64,000 bases of DNA. Origin: an uncultured Candidatus Saccharibacteria bacterium. Lineage in GTDB: Bacteria > Patescibacteriota > Minisyncoccia > Minisyncoccales > JANBVM01. Shown here piece after piece: positions 1 through 9,837 of this stretch; position 1 is the stretch's first letter; each line of letters opens with the position of its first letter. Below the pieces are notes generated by a model, which saw only the letters and a program-made list of their open reading frames with translations, did no database searches and was not told where the DNA came from. The position numbers and the translations under genes are program-made. Location: contig CAYVDD010000001.1 in the NCBI GenBank assembly GCA_964450805.1, forward strand, positions 70,595 through 134,594. The letters run 5' to 3'.

Positions 1-804
1 AAAAAAAGAACATCACAATTTAAAAGCAAGAAATTGTTGACAAAGAAAAAGCCTGAAAAAGGATTACTTTTGACTTTAAAGAAAAGAGCGGGTAGGGGAG
101 GCTCTGGAACAATTACTGTTCGTCATAAAGGAGGGGGAGTAAAAAGACGCTACAGAATTATTGATTTTGGACAGGAGAGAATAAATCAAAAAGGAAAAGT
201 GATTGCTATTGAATATGATCCATACAGAACTGCATTTTTAGCTTTAATTAAATATGAAGATAATAAAAAAGGATATATTTTAGCTCCAACTAATATTAAG
301 ATAAATGATGAGATAATTTGTTCTGAAAATGCTGAATTAAAAAACGGGAATAGATTGCAGTTGAAAAATATTCCTGTTGGAACAGAAGTATATAATATTG
401 AGTTAATGAAAGGTAAAGGAGGGAAAATAGTGAGGTCAGCAGGGACTTCAGCCAAAGTTTTAGCTCACGAAGGAAATTATACTAATCTTCAGATGCCTTC
501 AAGCGAGATTAGAAAAGTTCCAAAAGATTGTTTTGCTTCAATTGGTCAGGTTTCTCATCCTGAAAAAAGATTTGAAAAAATAAAAAAGGCAGGCAGAAAA
601 AGGCTTAAAGGCTGGAGGCCTACTGTCAGGGGAACAGCAATGAATCCTCCTGACCATCCTCATGGCGGAGGTTCAGGAGGAAAAGCTTCTATTGGTTTAA
701 AGTATCCAAAAACTCCATGGGGAAAGCATGCGTTAGGGGTGAGAACAAGAAGAAAGAAAAGATGGACAAAAAAATTAATTTTACAAAGAAGGAAAAAAAA
801 GTAA
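1..804 (+). CDS. rplB: 50S ribosomal protein uL2 (5' end cut by window edge)
   Basis: Frame 1 is open from nt 1; the track ORF starts at an internal TTG at 34. Motifs GGGVKRRYRIIDF and RGTAMNPPDHPHGGG are uL2 hallmarks. Confidence 0.95.
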   Translation, partial: KKRTSQFKSKKLLTKKKPEKGLLLTLKKRAGRGGSGTITVRHKGGGVKRRYRIIDFGQERINQKGKVIAIEYDPYRTAFLALIKYEDNKKGYILAPTNIKINDEIICSENAELKNGNRLQLKNIPVGTEVYNIELMKGKGGKIVRSAGTSAKVLAHEGNYTNLQMPSSEIRKVPKDCFASIGQVSHPEKRFEKIKKAGRKRLKGWRPTVRGTAMNPPDHPHGGGSGGKASIGLKYPKTPWGKHALGVRTRRKKRWTKKLILQRRKKK

Positions 805-842
805 TATTATAAGCACAAATAAAGCTAATAATTATAAATATT

Positions 843-1151
843 ATGACAAGAAGTTTAAAAAAAGGTCCATATATTGATGAGAAGCTATTGAAAAAGGTTA
901 AAAAATTGGAAGGGGATAAAACAAAGCCAATTAAGACCTGGTCCAGACGTTCTACTATTTCGCCAGAAATGATTGGTTATACTTTTTTAGTTCATAATGG
1001 AAAACAGTTTGTTTCAGTGAAAGTTAATGAAAGCATGATCGGTCATAAATTAGGTGAGTTTTCACCAACAACCAAATTTTTAAGGCATGGTGGAAAAATA
1101 CAGAGAGAATTAGAGAAGAAATCTACAGCAAAACCAGCAGAGAAGAAATAG
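843..1151 (+). CDS. rpsS: 30S ribosomal protein uS19
   Basis: [12 protein letters not shown]...HNGKQF...GHKLGEF; lies between rplB and rplV. Confidence 0.96.
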   Translation: MTRSLKKGPYIDEKLLKKVKKLEGDKTKPIKTWSRRSTISPEMIGYTFLVHNGKQFVSVKVNESMIGHKLGEFSPTTKFLRHGGKIQRELEKKSTAKPAEKK

Positions 1152-1170
1152 CTGTTAATTGTTAAAAATT

Positions 1171-1695
1171 ATGATTTCAACTGCTAAATTAAGATATTTA
1201 AGAATTGCGCCAAGGAAAACAAGATTAGTTGCTGATTTGATCAGAGGGAAGACAGTTAAAAAAGCTGAAAGTATTTTGGCTTTTACCAGAAAAGGAGCTG
1301 CCTTACCTATTGCAAAACTTTTAAAACAAGCAGTTGCTAATGCCAAGGATAGTTTTCAAATAGATGATAATAATCTTTATATTTCTAAGATTATAGTTGA
1401 TGAGGGAGCAAAGTATAAAAGACAGCTTCCTAGAGCCAGAGGCAGGGCTGATATAATTCTGAAAAAAACTTCCCATATTACACTTGTTTTAGATGAGATC
1501 GATAAAAAGAAGAAAAAACAAAAAATTAAAAAGAAAGAAAAAGTAAAAACAGTTAAAGAAGAAGTTTCGGAAGAGAAAGAAGAAGAGAAAAAAGAAGTGG
1601 TTGAGAAAAAGACAAGAAAGAAGTTTGAACCAGAAAAAATTAAATCTGAAAAACAAAAAGGTTTGAAGAGGTTTTTTAGAAGAAAAGCATTCTAA
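1171..1695 (+). CDS. rplV: 50S ribosomal protein uL22 with K/E-rich C-terminal tail
   Basis: ATG 1171 gives MISTAKLRYLRIAPRKTRLVADLIRGK, a canonical uL22 N-terminus; the track starts at TTG 1159. The last ~65 aa are a KKKKQKIKKKEK...-type tail. Confidence 0.93.
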   Translation: MISTAKLRYLRIAPRKTRLVADLIRGKTVKKAESILAFTRKGAALPIAKLLKQAVANAKDSFQIDDNNLYISKIIVDEGAKYKRQLPRARGRADIILKKTSHITLVLDEIDKKKKKQKIKKKEKVKTVKEEVSEEKEEEKKEVVEKKTRKKFEPEKIKSEKQKGLKRFFRRKAF

Positions 1696-1700
1696 AAATT

Positions 1701-2432
1701 ATGTCACACAAAGTCCATCCAAAAATATTCAGAATACAGAGGACAGAAGATTGGGAATCTCGTGGATTTTATGAAAAGAATTTTTCTTCATATTTAGAGG
1801 AAGATTTTAAAATTAGGAAATTTCTTAAAGAAAAGATGAAAAAATTGAGTGTGGGGAAAATTGAGATTGAAAGGTCATTAGGCAAGGTAAATATAATAAT
1901 TTCTAGTTCCAGACCAGGATTAATTATTGGAAGAGGAGGTGAAGGAATAGAAAAGTTGAAAAAAGAATTAATTAACAAGGTTTTAGGAAAAAAATATTTA
2001 ACAAAAACTAAAAAAGATAAAACTAAAACCCAAAGCAGATCAACCTTAAGGCTTGAAATTATAGAAATTAAAAACCCCTGGACTTATGCTTCTCTTGTTG
2101 CTCAGTTTATGGTCAGCCAGATTGAAAGAAGAATGCCTTATAGGCGTGTTTTAAAGCAGTCTTTATCTAAAGTTATGGCACAGAAAGAGGTTAAGGGAGC
2201 CAGGGTTGAGTTAGCTGGTCGATTGAATGGTATTGCAATTTCAAGAAAAGAATGGCTGAAACAAGGCCTTCTTCCAAGACAAACAATAAGAGCAGATATT
2301 GATTATAGCCATAAGATTGCTAAATGTAGTTATGGAGTAATAGGAGTAAAGGTTTGGATATATAAAGGAGAAAAATTTAAAAAACATGGCAATACTACAG
2401 CCGAGAAAAACAAAACACAGGAAAAGATTTAA
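1701..2432 (+). CDS. rpsC: 30S ribosomal protein uS3
   Basis: KVHPKIFR N-terminus and KH-domain [11 protein letters not shown]. Carries a K/T-rich internal insertion ([16 protein letters not shown]). Confidence 0.95.
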   Translation: MSHKVHPKIFRIQRTEDWESRGFYEKNFSSYLEEDFKIRKFLKEKMKKLSVGKIEIERSLGKVNIIISSSRPGLIIGRGGEGIEKLKKELINKVLGKKYLTKTKKDKTKTQSRSTLRLEIIEIKNPWTYASLVAQFMVSQIERRMPYRRVLKQSLSKVMAQKEVKGARVELAGRLNGIAISRKEWLKQGLLPRQTIRADIDYSHKIAKCSYGVIGVKVWIYKGEKFKKHGNTTAEKNKTQEKI

Positions 2433-2796
2433 AGGAAGATCAAAAGGGATTGCTAAACGGGGCACTGAACTTGCTTTCGGTTCTTATGGTTTAAAGGCAT
2501 TGGAGGCCAGATGGATTAGTGCCAGACAGATTGAGGCAGCCAGACGGGCGATTATAAGATATTTAAAAAAAGGAGGCAAGCTTTGGGTTAGGATTTTTCC
2601 TGATAAACCAATAACATCAAAAGGAACAGAGTTTTCAATGGGCGGAGGAAAAGGTTCGGTTTCTCATTACTCCTGTTCTGTTAAGCCTGGAAGGATTATT
2701 TTTGAAGTAGAAGGAATAAAAGAAGAATTTGCTGTTAAAGCATTAAGAAAAGCAGCAGATAAACTGCCTATAAAAACCAAGTTTGTCAAAAAATAA
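2386..2796 (+). CDS. rplP: 50S ribosomal protein uL16
   Basis: [19 protein letters not shown]-terminus. Overlaps the rpsC 3' end by 47 nt. Confidence 0.95.
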   Translation: MAILQPRKTKHRKRFKGRSKGIAKRGTELAFGSYGLKALEARWISARQIEAARRAIIRYLKKGGKLWVRIFPDKPITSKGTEFSMGGGKGSVSHYSCSVKPGRIIFEVEGIKEEFAVKALRKAADKLPIKTKFVKK

Positions 2797-2798
2797 TT

Positions 2799-2984
2799 AT
2801 GAAAATTGTGGAAATAAGAAAAAAATCAAAAACAGAATTAAACAACATGCTTCAAAGCTCAAGGAATAAACTGCGTGCTTTGCGTTTTGATTTAGCTTCA
2901 GGAAAAGTTAAGAACGTTAGAGAAGTCAGAAAGATTAAAAAAGACATTGCTAGAATATTAACCATATTAAAACAATCAAAGTAG
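2799..2984 (+). CDS. rpmC: 50S ribosomal protein uL29
   Basis: 61-aa helical protein in the conserved slot between rplP and rpsQ. Confidence 0.9.
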   Translation: MKIVEIRKKSKTELNNMLQSSRNKLRALRFDLASGKVKNVREVRKIKKDIARILTILKQSK

Positions 2985-2988
2985 ATTT

Positions 2989-3297
2989 ATGCCAAAAAAA
3001 AGATTAAAAGGCACAGTTGTTTCAGATAAAATGCAAAAAACAGTTGTTGTTAGAGTTGAACGTATAAAAACACATCCAAAGTACAGGAGAAGATATAAGA
3101 TCAGCAAGAATTATAAAGCCCATGACGAAAAGCAAATTTCCAAAATAGGGGATAAAGTTATTATTGAAGAGTGCAGGCCAATTAGCAGACATAAGAAATG
3201 GAGAATAGTAAAACAAGAAGCAGAAAGTAAGAAGCAAAAAAAAGACAATAAAAAACAAGAAGTAAAAGTTAAAAAAGCAAAAGTAAACAAAGATTAA
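2989..3297 (+). CDS. rpsQ: 30S ribosomal protein uS17 with K-rich tail
   Basis: KRLKGTVVSDKMQKTVVVRVERIKTHPKYRR; C-terminal KKQKKDNKKQEVKVKKAK tail. Confidence 0.94.
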   Translation: MPKKRLKGTVVSDKMQKTVVVRVERIKTHPKYRRRYKISKNYKAHDEKQISKIGDKVIIEECRPISRHKKWRIVKQEAESKKQKKDNKKQEVKVKKAKVNKD

Positions 3298-3303
3298 AAT
3301 CAT

Positions 3304-3675
3304 ATGATTCAAATGCGGACAGTGGTAAAAATAGCGGATAATGCAGGAGGTAAAATACTTCAGTGCATTCTTGTCTTAGGAGGCGGCAAAAGGCGTTACG
3401 CACGGCTTGGTGATGTTATTGTTGGAACAGTTAAGAGCGCTGATCCAAGAAAAGATGTTAAAAAGCATGATGTGGTAAGAGCAGTAATAATAAGACAAAG
3501 AAAAGAATATAAAAGGCTTGATGGTACTTATATTCGTTTTGATGATAATGCCTGTGTTGTTTTAGAGGGTAAAACCAAGAAACCAAAAGGAGGAAGGGTT
3601 TTCGGACCAATGGCAAGAGAGGTAAAAGAAAAAGGTTTTACTGAAGTAGCAGCTATAGCTCAACAGTTAATATGA
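3304..3675 (+). CDS. rplN: 50S ribosomal protein uL14
   Basis: MIQMRTVVKIADNAGGK...; ends in a TGA that overlaps the rplX ATG. Confidence 0.96.
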   Translation: MIQMRTVVKIADNAGGKILQCILVLGGGKRRYARLGDVIVGTVKSADPRKDVKKHDVVRAVIIRQRKEYKRLDGTYIRFDDNACVVLEGKTKKPKGGRVFGPMAREVKEKGFTEVAAIAQQLI

Positions 3676-3977
3676 AAATAAAAAAAGGTGATACAGTATT
3701 AGTTATTTCAGGCAAAAACAGAGGAAAGAAAGGTAAGATTTTAAAAGCTTTCCCAAAAGAGAGAAGGGTTTTGATTGATGGAGTGAATTTAAGAAAAAAA
3801 CACCAAAAACCAAGAAAAACAGGAGAAAAAGGTCAAATTATTGAAAAGCCTGCTCCTCTTAGTGTTTCAAACGTAAAACTGATTTGTCCAAAATGTAATA
3901 AAGCAGTAAGAGTAGGATATAAAATTACAGGCAATAAAAAATATCGCATTTGCAAAAAATGCAATAAACAAATATGA
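3672..3977 (+). CDS. rplX: 50S ribosomal protein uL24 with C-terminal CxxC..CxxC extension
   Basis: KOW motif KIKKGDTVLVISGKNRGKKGKI. The C-terminus reads CPKCNKAVRVGYKITGNKKYRICKKC. Confidence 0.94.
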   Translation: MKIKKGDTVLVISGKNRGKKGKILKAFPKERRVLIDGVNLRKKHQKPRKTGEKGQIIEKPAPLSVSNVKLICPKCNKAVRVGYKITGNKKYRICKKCNKQI

Positions 3978-4531
3978 TTGTTTTAAAAGAAAGATACAAT
4001 AAAGAGGTTATTCCAAAAATGATGGAGAAATTTGGTTATAAGAACAAGATGGCTGTTCCAAAGATTGAAAAGGTTGTGATTAATACTGGTTTCGGGAAAA
4101 TGATCAGCACCAAAACTTCTGATGAAAAGAAAAAAATAATAACTGCAATACTAAATGACCTAGCAGCAATTACAGGTCAAAAGCCTGTTTTAACAAAAGC
4201 AAGAAAGTCAGTTTCAGGCTTTAAAATTAGAAGGGGCATGCCGATTGGAGCAGCAGTGGTATTGCGCAGGAAAATGATGTCTGATTTTCTGGAAAGACTA
4301 ATAAATATAACGCTTCCTCGTTCACGAGACTTTCAGGGAATTGATAATAAATCAGTTGATAAAAGTGGAAATTTAACCATAGCTATTAAAGAACACATTT
4401 CTTTTTCTGAGATTTTACCTGAAAAAGCAAAACACATATTTGGTTTGGAAATAACAGTTATAACCACAGCAGGAAATAAAGAAAAAGGTTTGGAGTTATT
4501 AAAGTTGATAGGTTTTCCAATGAAAAAATAA
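3974..4531 (+). CDS. rplE: 50S ribosomal protein uL5
   Basis: [38 protein letters not shown]; conserved position. Confidence 0.95.
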   Translation: MIVLKERYNKEVIPKMMEKFGYKNKMAVPKIEKVVINTGFGKMISTKTSDEKKKIITAILNDLAAITGQKPVLTKARKSVSGFKIRRGMPIGAAVVLRRKMMSDFLERLINITLPRSRDFQGIDNKSVDKSGNLTIAIKEHISFSEILPEKAKHIFGLEITVITTAGNKEKGLELLKLIGFPMKK

Positions 4532-4532
4532 T

Positions 4533-4718
4533 ATGCCAAAAAAATCCCAAATTGCCAGAGCAAAAAAGAAACCAAAGTTTAAATCACGAGTTGTTCGTCG
4601 CTGTTTTAGATGTGGAAGGAAAAGAGCTTATATGAGAAAGTTTGGTTTGTGCAGGATTTGTTTCAGGGAAATGGCAAATAAAGGTCTGATTCCAGGAATT
4701 AGAAAAAGTAGCTGGTAA
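4533..4718 (+). CDS. rpsN: 30S ribosomal protein uS14, zinc-ribbon (type Z) form
   Basis: 61 aa; [23 protein letters not shown]. Confidence 0.95.
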   Translation: MPKKSQIARAKKKPKFKSRVVRRCFRCGRKRAYMRKFGLCRICFREMANKGLIPGIRKSSW

Positions 4719-4765
4719 TCATTAGCATCTAGGTATAAACCTTATAGCTTAAATATCTAAGAAAC

Positions 4766-5152
4766 ATGGATACAATAGCAGACATGTTAACATTAATAAG
4801 AAATGCACAAGCTGTTTTAAAAGAAACAGTTGCTATTCCTTATTCTGAAATAAAGTTTGAGATTGCAAAGATTTTGAAAAAAGAAAATTTTATTGAAGGA
4901 ATTGAAAAAAAAGGAAGAAAAACTAAAAAATCAATTGAAATAAAATTAAAGTATGACGATAAAAAACCAGCTATATCCAGCCTTAGAAGAGTTTCCAGGC
5001 CAGGACAAAGGATTTATACTACAGCAGGAAAAATTAAGAAGGTAAGAGACGGTTATGGAATAACCATTATTTCAACCTCCAAGGGTTTGATGACTAATAA
5101 AGAAGCTAGGAAGAAAAATCTGGGAGGAGAAATTATTTGTGAAATATGGTGA
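4766..5152 (+). CDS. rpsH: 30S ribosomal protein uS8
   Basis: MDTIADMLTLIRNAQ N-terminus; conserved position. Confidence 0.95.
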   Translation: MDTIADMLTLIRNAQAVLKETVAIPYSEIKFEIAKILKKENFIEGIEKKGRKTKKSIEIKLKYDDKKPAISSLRRVSRPGQRIYTTAGKIKKVRDGYGITIISTSKGLMTNKEARKKNLGGEIICEIW

Positions 5153-5173
5153 TTTTTTTAAAATCTAAACATT

Positions 5174-5722
5174 ATGAGCAGAATAGGAAAAAAACCAATT
5201 AAAATACCAATAGGCGTAGAAGTAAATATTGATAAACGCAAAATTACAATTAAAGGTCTAAAAGGCGAACTCTCTCGTGAAATTAGGCCTGAGATTAAAG
5301 TTGAAGTTAAAGAAGGAAAGATTTTCGTTTCAATTAAAAAACAAACCAAACAAAGCAAAGCTTTTTGGGGATTAACCAGGGCTCTTTTAGCAAATATGGT
5401 TCAAGGAGTTGTTCATGGTTATGAGAAAAAATTAGAAATTCATGGTTTGGGTTATAAAGCTAATATAGAGGACGGAGAATTAGTGCTATCTGTTGGTTTT
5501 ACTCATCCTGTCAAAATAAAGCCGCCAGAGGGAATTGAAGTTTCAGTTGAAAAAAATATTATCACTGTTTCAGGTATTGACAAACAACTTGTTGGTTTGA
5601 TTGCTTCAAAAATAAGGAAAGTAAGACCAGCCGAACCTTATAAAGGAAAAGGAATCAAATATCAGGGCGAGCAAATTAGAAGAAAAGCAGGCAAAAAAGT
5701 TGCTACTACACCAGGAACTTAA
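5174..5722 (+). CDS. rplF: 50S ribosomal protein uL6
   Basis: [18 protein letters not shown]-terminus; two-domain length. Confidence 0.95.
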   Translation: MSRIGKKPIKIPIGVEVNIDKRKITIKGLKGELSREIRPEIKVEVKEGKIFVSIKKQTKQSKAFWGLTRALLANMVQGVVHGYEKKLEIHGLGYKANIEDGELVLSVGFTHPVKIKPPEGIEVSVEKNIITVSGIDKQLVGLIASKIRKVRPAEPYKGKGIKYQGEQIRRKAGKKVATTPGT

Positions 5723-5733
5723 TTTTAAAAAAT

Positions 5734-6165
5734 ATGAGCAATATAAAAAAGAAAAGAAAACAAAGATTCAAAAGGCATAAGAAAATAAGAGCTAAGATTT
5801 CTGGAACAAAAGAAAAGCCCAGACTTTGTGTTTTTCGTTCAAACAAACATATTTATGCTCAGTTGATTAATGATAAAAATAATAAGGTTTTAGCTTCTTT
5901 GAGTGATTCAAAAATTAAAAAAACAAAAAAATCTTCTTCTGTGAAAGCTAAAACTGATGAAAAAAAAGTTAAAGATAAGTCAGGCAAACAGAAGAAAATT
6001 CTTTCTTCAAAAATATTAATAGCTTTTGAGCTTGGAAAAGCAGTTGCTAAAAAAGCTAAGGATTTAAAAATTACATCAGTTGTTTTTGATAGAGGAGGAT
6101 ATAAATATCATGGCAGAGTCAAAGCTTTAGCAGAAGGAGCAAGAGAACAAGGATTAAAATTTTAA
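5734..6165 (+). CDS. rplR: 50S ribosomal protein uL18 with K/S-rich internal insertion
   Basis: [18 protein letters not shown] and [28 protein letters not shown] ~45-aa insertion reads [29 protein letters not shown]. Confidence 0.93.
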   Translation: MSNIKKKRKQRFKRHKKIRAKISGTKEKPRLCVFRSNKHIYAQLINDKNNKVLASLSDSKIKKTKKSSSVKAKTDEKKVKDKSGKQKKILSSKILIAFELGKAVAKKAKDLKITSVVFDRGGYKYHGRVKALAEGAREQGLKF

Positions 6166-6169
6166 TAAT

Positions 6170-6652
6170 ATGCGAAGACAAATAAACACAAGAAATATTA
6201 AAATTAAGCAGGAATTTGATTCAAAGCTTTTGGATTTGTCCAGGGTTTCGCATACACGGGCTGGTGGTAGAAAAATACGATTCAGAGTAGTTATGGTTGT
6301 AGGAAATAAAAAAGGAAAAGTAGGGGTAGCCAGCGCTTCTGGTCTTGATGTTGCAGCTGCTATTGAAAAAGCAACCCGACTGGCGAAAAAAAGAATTATT
6401 CAAATACCTATTGTTAATGAAACAATTCCTCATGAAGTTTTTGCTAAATTTAGTTCAGCCAAAGTACTGTTGCGGCCTCAGAAAAAAGGAAGAGGACTGG
6501 TGGCAGGAGGCACTGTAAGAGCAATCTGCTCTTTAGCAGGAATAAAAAACATTTCTTCTAAGGTTTTAGGCTCAACAAGAAACAAGCTTAATAATGCAAC
6601 AGCAATAATTAAAGCATTGAGCCAGTTGAAATTAAAAGAATCAAAAAAATAA
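6170..6652 (+). CDS. rpsE: 30S ribosomal protein uS5
   Basis: RVSHTRAGGRKIRFRVVMVVGNKKGKVG; conserved position. Confidence 0.95.
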   Translation: MRRQINTRNIKIKQEFDSKLLDLSRVSHTRAGGRKIRFRVVMVVGNKKGKVGVASASGLDVAAAIEKATRLAKKRIIQIPIVNETIPHEVFAKFSSAKVLLRPQKKGRGLVAGGTVRAICSLAGIKNISSKVLGSTRNKLNNATAIIKALSQLKLKESKK

Positions 6653-6657
6653 TAATT

Positions 6658-7089
6658 ATGCAGCTTCACGAATTAAAACCAAATCATAAAAGGAAAAAAG
6701 GGAAAAGAATTGGAAGGGGTGGAAAAAGAGGAACTTATTCTGGCAGGGGTGTAAAGGGCCAGAAATCCAGAGCTGGTCGTCAAATGGTTCCTTCAATCAG
6801 ACAATTGGTGAAAAAATACCCGAAATTGAGAGGGTATAGGTTTAAGCCTGTGAAGTCAAAGCCGGAAATTATTAGCCTTGAAACACTAGAAGAGAAATTT
6901 GAAAAAGGAGATATTGCTTCTCCAAAAATCTTGCTTGAGAAAAAATTAATCAGTAAAATAAAAGATAGAATTCCAGAGGTGAAAATTTTAGCAAAAGGAA
7001 AGCTGACCAAAAAACTGACTGTTAAGGATTGTCTGGTTTCAAAGTCAGCAAAGGAAAAAATTGAAAAAGCAGGCGGTTCAGTAGAATAG
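6658..7089 (+). CDS. rplO: 50S ribosomal protein uL15
   Basis: LHELKPNHKRKKGKRIGRGGKRGTYSGRGVKGQKSR. Starts 5 nt after rpsE, leaving no room for rpmD. Confidence 0.95.
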   Translation: MQLHELKPNHKRKKGKRIGRGGKRGTYSGRGVKGQKSRAGRQMVPSIRQLVKKYPKLRGYRFKPVKSKPEIISLETLEEKFEKGDIASPKILLEKKLISKIKDRIPEVKILAKGKLTKKLTVKDCLVSKSAKEKIEKAGGSVE

Positions 7090-7098
7090 TTTAAAATC

Positions 7099-8376
7099 AT
7101 GTGGTACGAAAAAATTATTCAACTATTTAAAATAAAAGACTTACGTAATAAGATTCTTTTTGTTTTGGGTATTTTTACTCTTTTTAGAATAATGGCAAAT
7201 ATTCCAATCCCTGGAATTAATCCTGAAAATTTAAAGATTTTTTTTGAGGAGTTTCAGGTTTTGGGTCTTTTGAATATTTTTACAGGCGGAGCTTTGGAGC
7301 GTCTTTCAATTGTTATGCTTGGCCTTGGCCCATATATCACTGCCACCATTATTTTACAGCTTTTAACAATGATTTTCCCTCAATTAGAGGAGCTTTCTAA
7401 AGAAGGTGGTGAAGAGGGAAAAAGAAAGTTTGAACAATACGGAAGAATCTTAACTGTTCCTTTGTCTTTGGTTCAGGCGTTTTCAATGCTGACCTTATTT
7501 TCAAGACAGGGAATAATTGGAGAACTTGATTTTTCTGCCAAGCTTAGCGCTATTTTAACTATTAGCGCAGGAGCATTGTTATTGATGTGGCTGGGAGAAC
7601 TGATTTCAGAAAAAGGTCTTGGTAATGGAGTATCGCTTCTTATTTTTGCCGGAATTATTGCTGATTTTCCAAGGAATATCGGGCAGATGATATCTACTTA
7701 CAAACCATCAATGTTTGGTTCTTATTTAATATTCTTTGTAATGGCATTATTAATTATTGCCGGAGTTACTTTAATTAATGAGGCAAGAAGAAATATTCCA
7801 GTTTCATATGCAAAAAGAGTTAAAGGTAGAATGGTTTATGGAGGTGCGTCTACTTATCTTCCTTTAAGTGTAAATCCAGCAGGAGTAATTCCTATTATTT
7901 TTGCTCTGTCAATTTTAACTTTTCCTTCAATGCTCACCAGTTTTATAAGCGGAGCAGGAGGAATCTGGGGAAGAATATCGCAGGTGATTGAGGGTTTTTT
8001 TAATAATATGTGGGCTTATGGAATTACATACTTTTCCTTGGTTTTCCTTTTCACTTATTTTTATACTCTTATTACTTTTGAACCAAAATCCATTGCTGAT
8101 AATCTTAAAAAAATGGGTGGTTTTGTTCCTGGAATCAGACCTGGAGAATCAACCGCTAAATTTTTAGATTTTACACTTAACAGAATTCTGCCTTTTGGAG
8201 CTTTATTTTTAGGGCTTATTGCTTTAATGCCGACAATTATTCAAATAGTAACAAATATTACTGTTTTTAGTTTTTTAGTAGGAGGAACTTCAATAATGAT
8301 CCTTGTTTCTGTAGTTTTAGAAACAATGAGAGAAATTGATTCTCAGCTGGAAATGAGGGAATACGATACTTTTTAA
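7099..8376 (+). CDS. secY: preprotein translocase subunit SecY
   Basis: 425-aa polytopic membrane protein with GINPENL and GLGPYITATIILQLL motifs; follows rplO. Confidence 0.96.
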   Translation: MWYEKIIQLFKIKDLRNKILFVLGIFTLFRIMANIPIPGINPENLKIFFEEFQVLGLLNIFTGGALERLSIVMLGLGPYITATIILQLLTMIFPQLEELSKEGGEEGKRKFEQYGRILTVPLSLVQAFSMLTLFSRQGIIGELDFSAKLSAILTISAGALLLMWLGELISEKGLGNGVSLLIFAGIIADFPRNIGQMISTYKPSMFGSYLIFFVMALLIIAGVTLINEARRNIPVSYAKRVKGRMVYGGASTYLPLSVNPAGVIPIIFALSILTFPSMLTSFISGAGGIWGRISQVIEGFFNNMWAYGITYFSLVFLFTYFYTLITFEPKSIADNLKKMGGFVPGIRPGESTAKFLDFTLNRILPFGALFLGLIALMPTIIQIVTNITVFSFLVGGTSIMILVSVVLETMREIDSQLEMREYDTF

Positions 8377-8384
8377 AAAGTAAA

Positions 8385-9077
8385 ATGAGTAAAGAACAAA
8401 TTATTATTATTTTAGGTGCCCCAGGCGCTGGAAAAGGAACTCAAGCAGAACTTTTAGCAGAAAGGTTTGATTTTTATCATTTAGAAACATCCAAAATTAT
8501 TGCAAGGAATTTAGCTGATATTAAAAAAGATGATTTTATAGAAGTGGATGGCAAACAATACTCTCTTTTTGAAGAAAAAAAAAGAAGAGATTCCGGGATT
8601 TTAATAAGCCCTCCTTTAATTACTTTTTGGGTAAAGAATAAAATTAAGGAACTTAAAAAACAGGGCAAAAGCGTGATTATAAATGGTTCTCCCCGTACTT
8701 TGTATGAAGGTGAAGAGTTAATTCCTTTTTTAAAAGAATTGTATGGGACTGAAAATATACAGATAATTTTAATTGAATTAAGTGAAAAAGATTCTCTTTG
8801 GAGGAATGAGCACAGGAAAACTTGTGAACTAATGCATCATACAATAATCTATAATGACGAAACTTCTAAACTTAGGAAATGTCCTTTTGACGGTTCAGAG
8901 CTTGTGTTAAGAAAAGATGATAAACCTGAAATTATTAAAATTAGATTAAAACAGTATAGAGAAAGAACTTTTCCTTTAGTTGAGTTTTTTAAAAAACAGG
9001 GTTTGGAAGTTAAAAAAATAAACGGTTCTCCTGCTCCAGCTATTGTTTTTGAAAACATTTTAAAGGTTTTGAAATGA
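8385..9077 (+). CDS. adk: adenylate kinase
   Basis: P-loop GAPGAGKGTQ and a LID segment with C..HH...CPFDG; follows secY. Confidence 0.9.
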   Translation: MSKEQIIIILGAPGAGKGTQAELLAERFDFYHLETSKIIARNLADIKKDDFIEVDGKQYSLFEEKKRRDSGILISPPLITFWVKNKIKELKKQGKSVIINGSPRTLYEGEELIPFLKELYGTENIQIILIELSEKDSLWRNEHRKTCELMHHTIIYNDETSKLRKCPFDGSELVLRKDDKPEIIKIRLKQYRERTFPLVEFFKKQGLEVKKINGSPAPAIVFENILKVLK

Positions 9078-9823
9078 TTCCAATAAAGACTGATTCAGAA
9101 ATTAAGGTAATGAGAGAAAATGGTAAAATTCTGGCTTCTATAATGAAAGAAATAAAAAACAGGGTAGAGCCAGGAATTACCACGAAAGATCTAGATGGGC
9201 TTGCTGAAAGCCTCATTTTAAAATATGGCGGCATTCCTTCATTTAAGGGTTATGATAACTTTCCAGCAAGTTTGTGTGTTTCAACAAACGAGCAGATTGT
9301 TCATGGGGTTCCATCTGAAAGGATTTTAAAAGAAGGGGATATAGTGTCTCTGGATTTAGGATTTTTTAAAGATGGTTTTCATAGTGATATGGCAATTACT
9401 GCAGCAGTTGGAGAAATTATTCCTGAAACAAACAGGCTTATTAAAGCAGCAAAAAAAGCTTTAAAACTTGGGATTAAAAAAGCGAAAATTGGCAATACTT
9501 TTGGCGATGTTTCAAATACGATTCAAAGATTTATTGAAGACCAGGGTTTTGTTATAATAAAGGATTTGTGCGGTCATGGAATTGGAGAAAATTTACACGA
9601 AGAACCGCAAATTTTAAACTATGGGAAAAGACACAAAGGTTTTGAAATTAAACAGGGCATGTGCTTCTGTCTGGAGCCAATGCTGGCAATGACAGGAGAA
9701 GGAAAGATTAAAAAATCTAATGATGGCTTTGGTTTTGAGACAGAAAATGGCTCCTTATCATCTCATTTTGAACATACAATAGCAATAACAAAAAAGGGGG
9801 CAGAAGTATTAACTATTTTTTAG
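9074..9823 (+). CDS. map: type I methionine aminopeptidase
   Basis: Pita-bread metal ligands in the conserved order (D..D..H..E..E), with HGIGENLHEEP; ATGA overlap with adk. Confidence 0.93.
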   Translation: MIPIKTDSEIKVMRENGKILASIMKEIKNRVEPGITTKDLDGLAESLILKYGGIPSFKGYDNFPASLCVSTNEQIVHGVPSERILKEGDIVSLDLGFFKDGFHSDMAITAAVGEIIPETNRLIKAAKKALKLGIKKAKIGNTFGDVSNTIQRFIEDQGFVIIKDLCGHGIGENLHEEPQILNYGKRHKGFEIKQGMCFCLEPMLAMTGEGKIKKSNDGFGFETENGSLSSHFEHTIAITKKGAEVLTIF

Positions 9824-9837
9824 ATATGATAAAATAA

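Noticed and set aside
186-7100. Many minus-strand ORFs in the track inside ribosomal genes, for example 186-455, 1155-1346, 1769-1978, 3022-3312, 6221-6433 and 6780-7100.
   Set aside because: They are antisense to confidently identified ribosomal genes. Their F/L/S/I-rich low-complexity translations are what the reverse complement of K/E-rich AT-rich coding sequence yields. None has its own signals.
3673-9077. Alternative genetic code (UGA recoding), as in some CPR-related lineages.
   Set aside because: TGA clearly terminates rplN (3673-3675), rplX (3975-3977) and adk (9075-9077) at ATGA overlaps with full-length products. No gene needs read-through. Code 11 fits.
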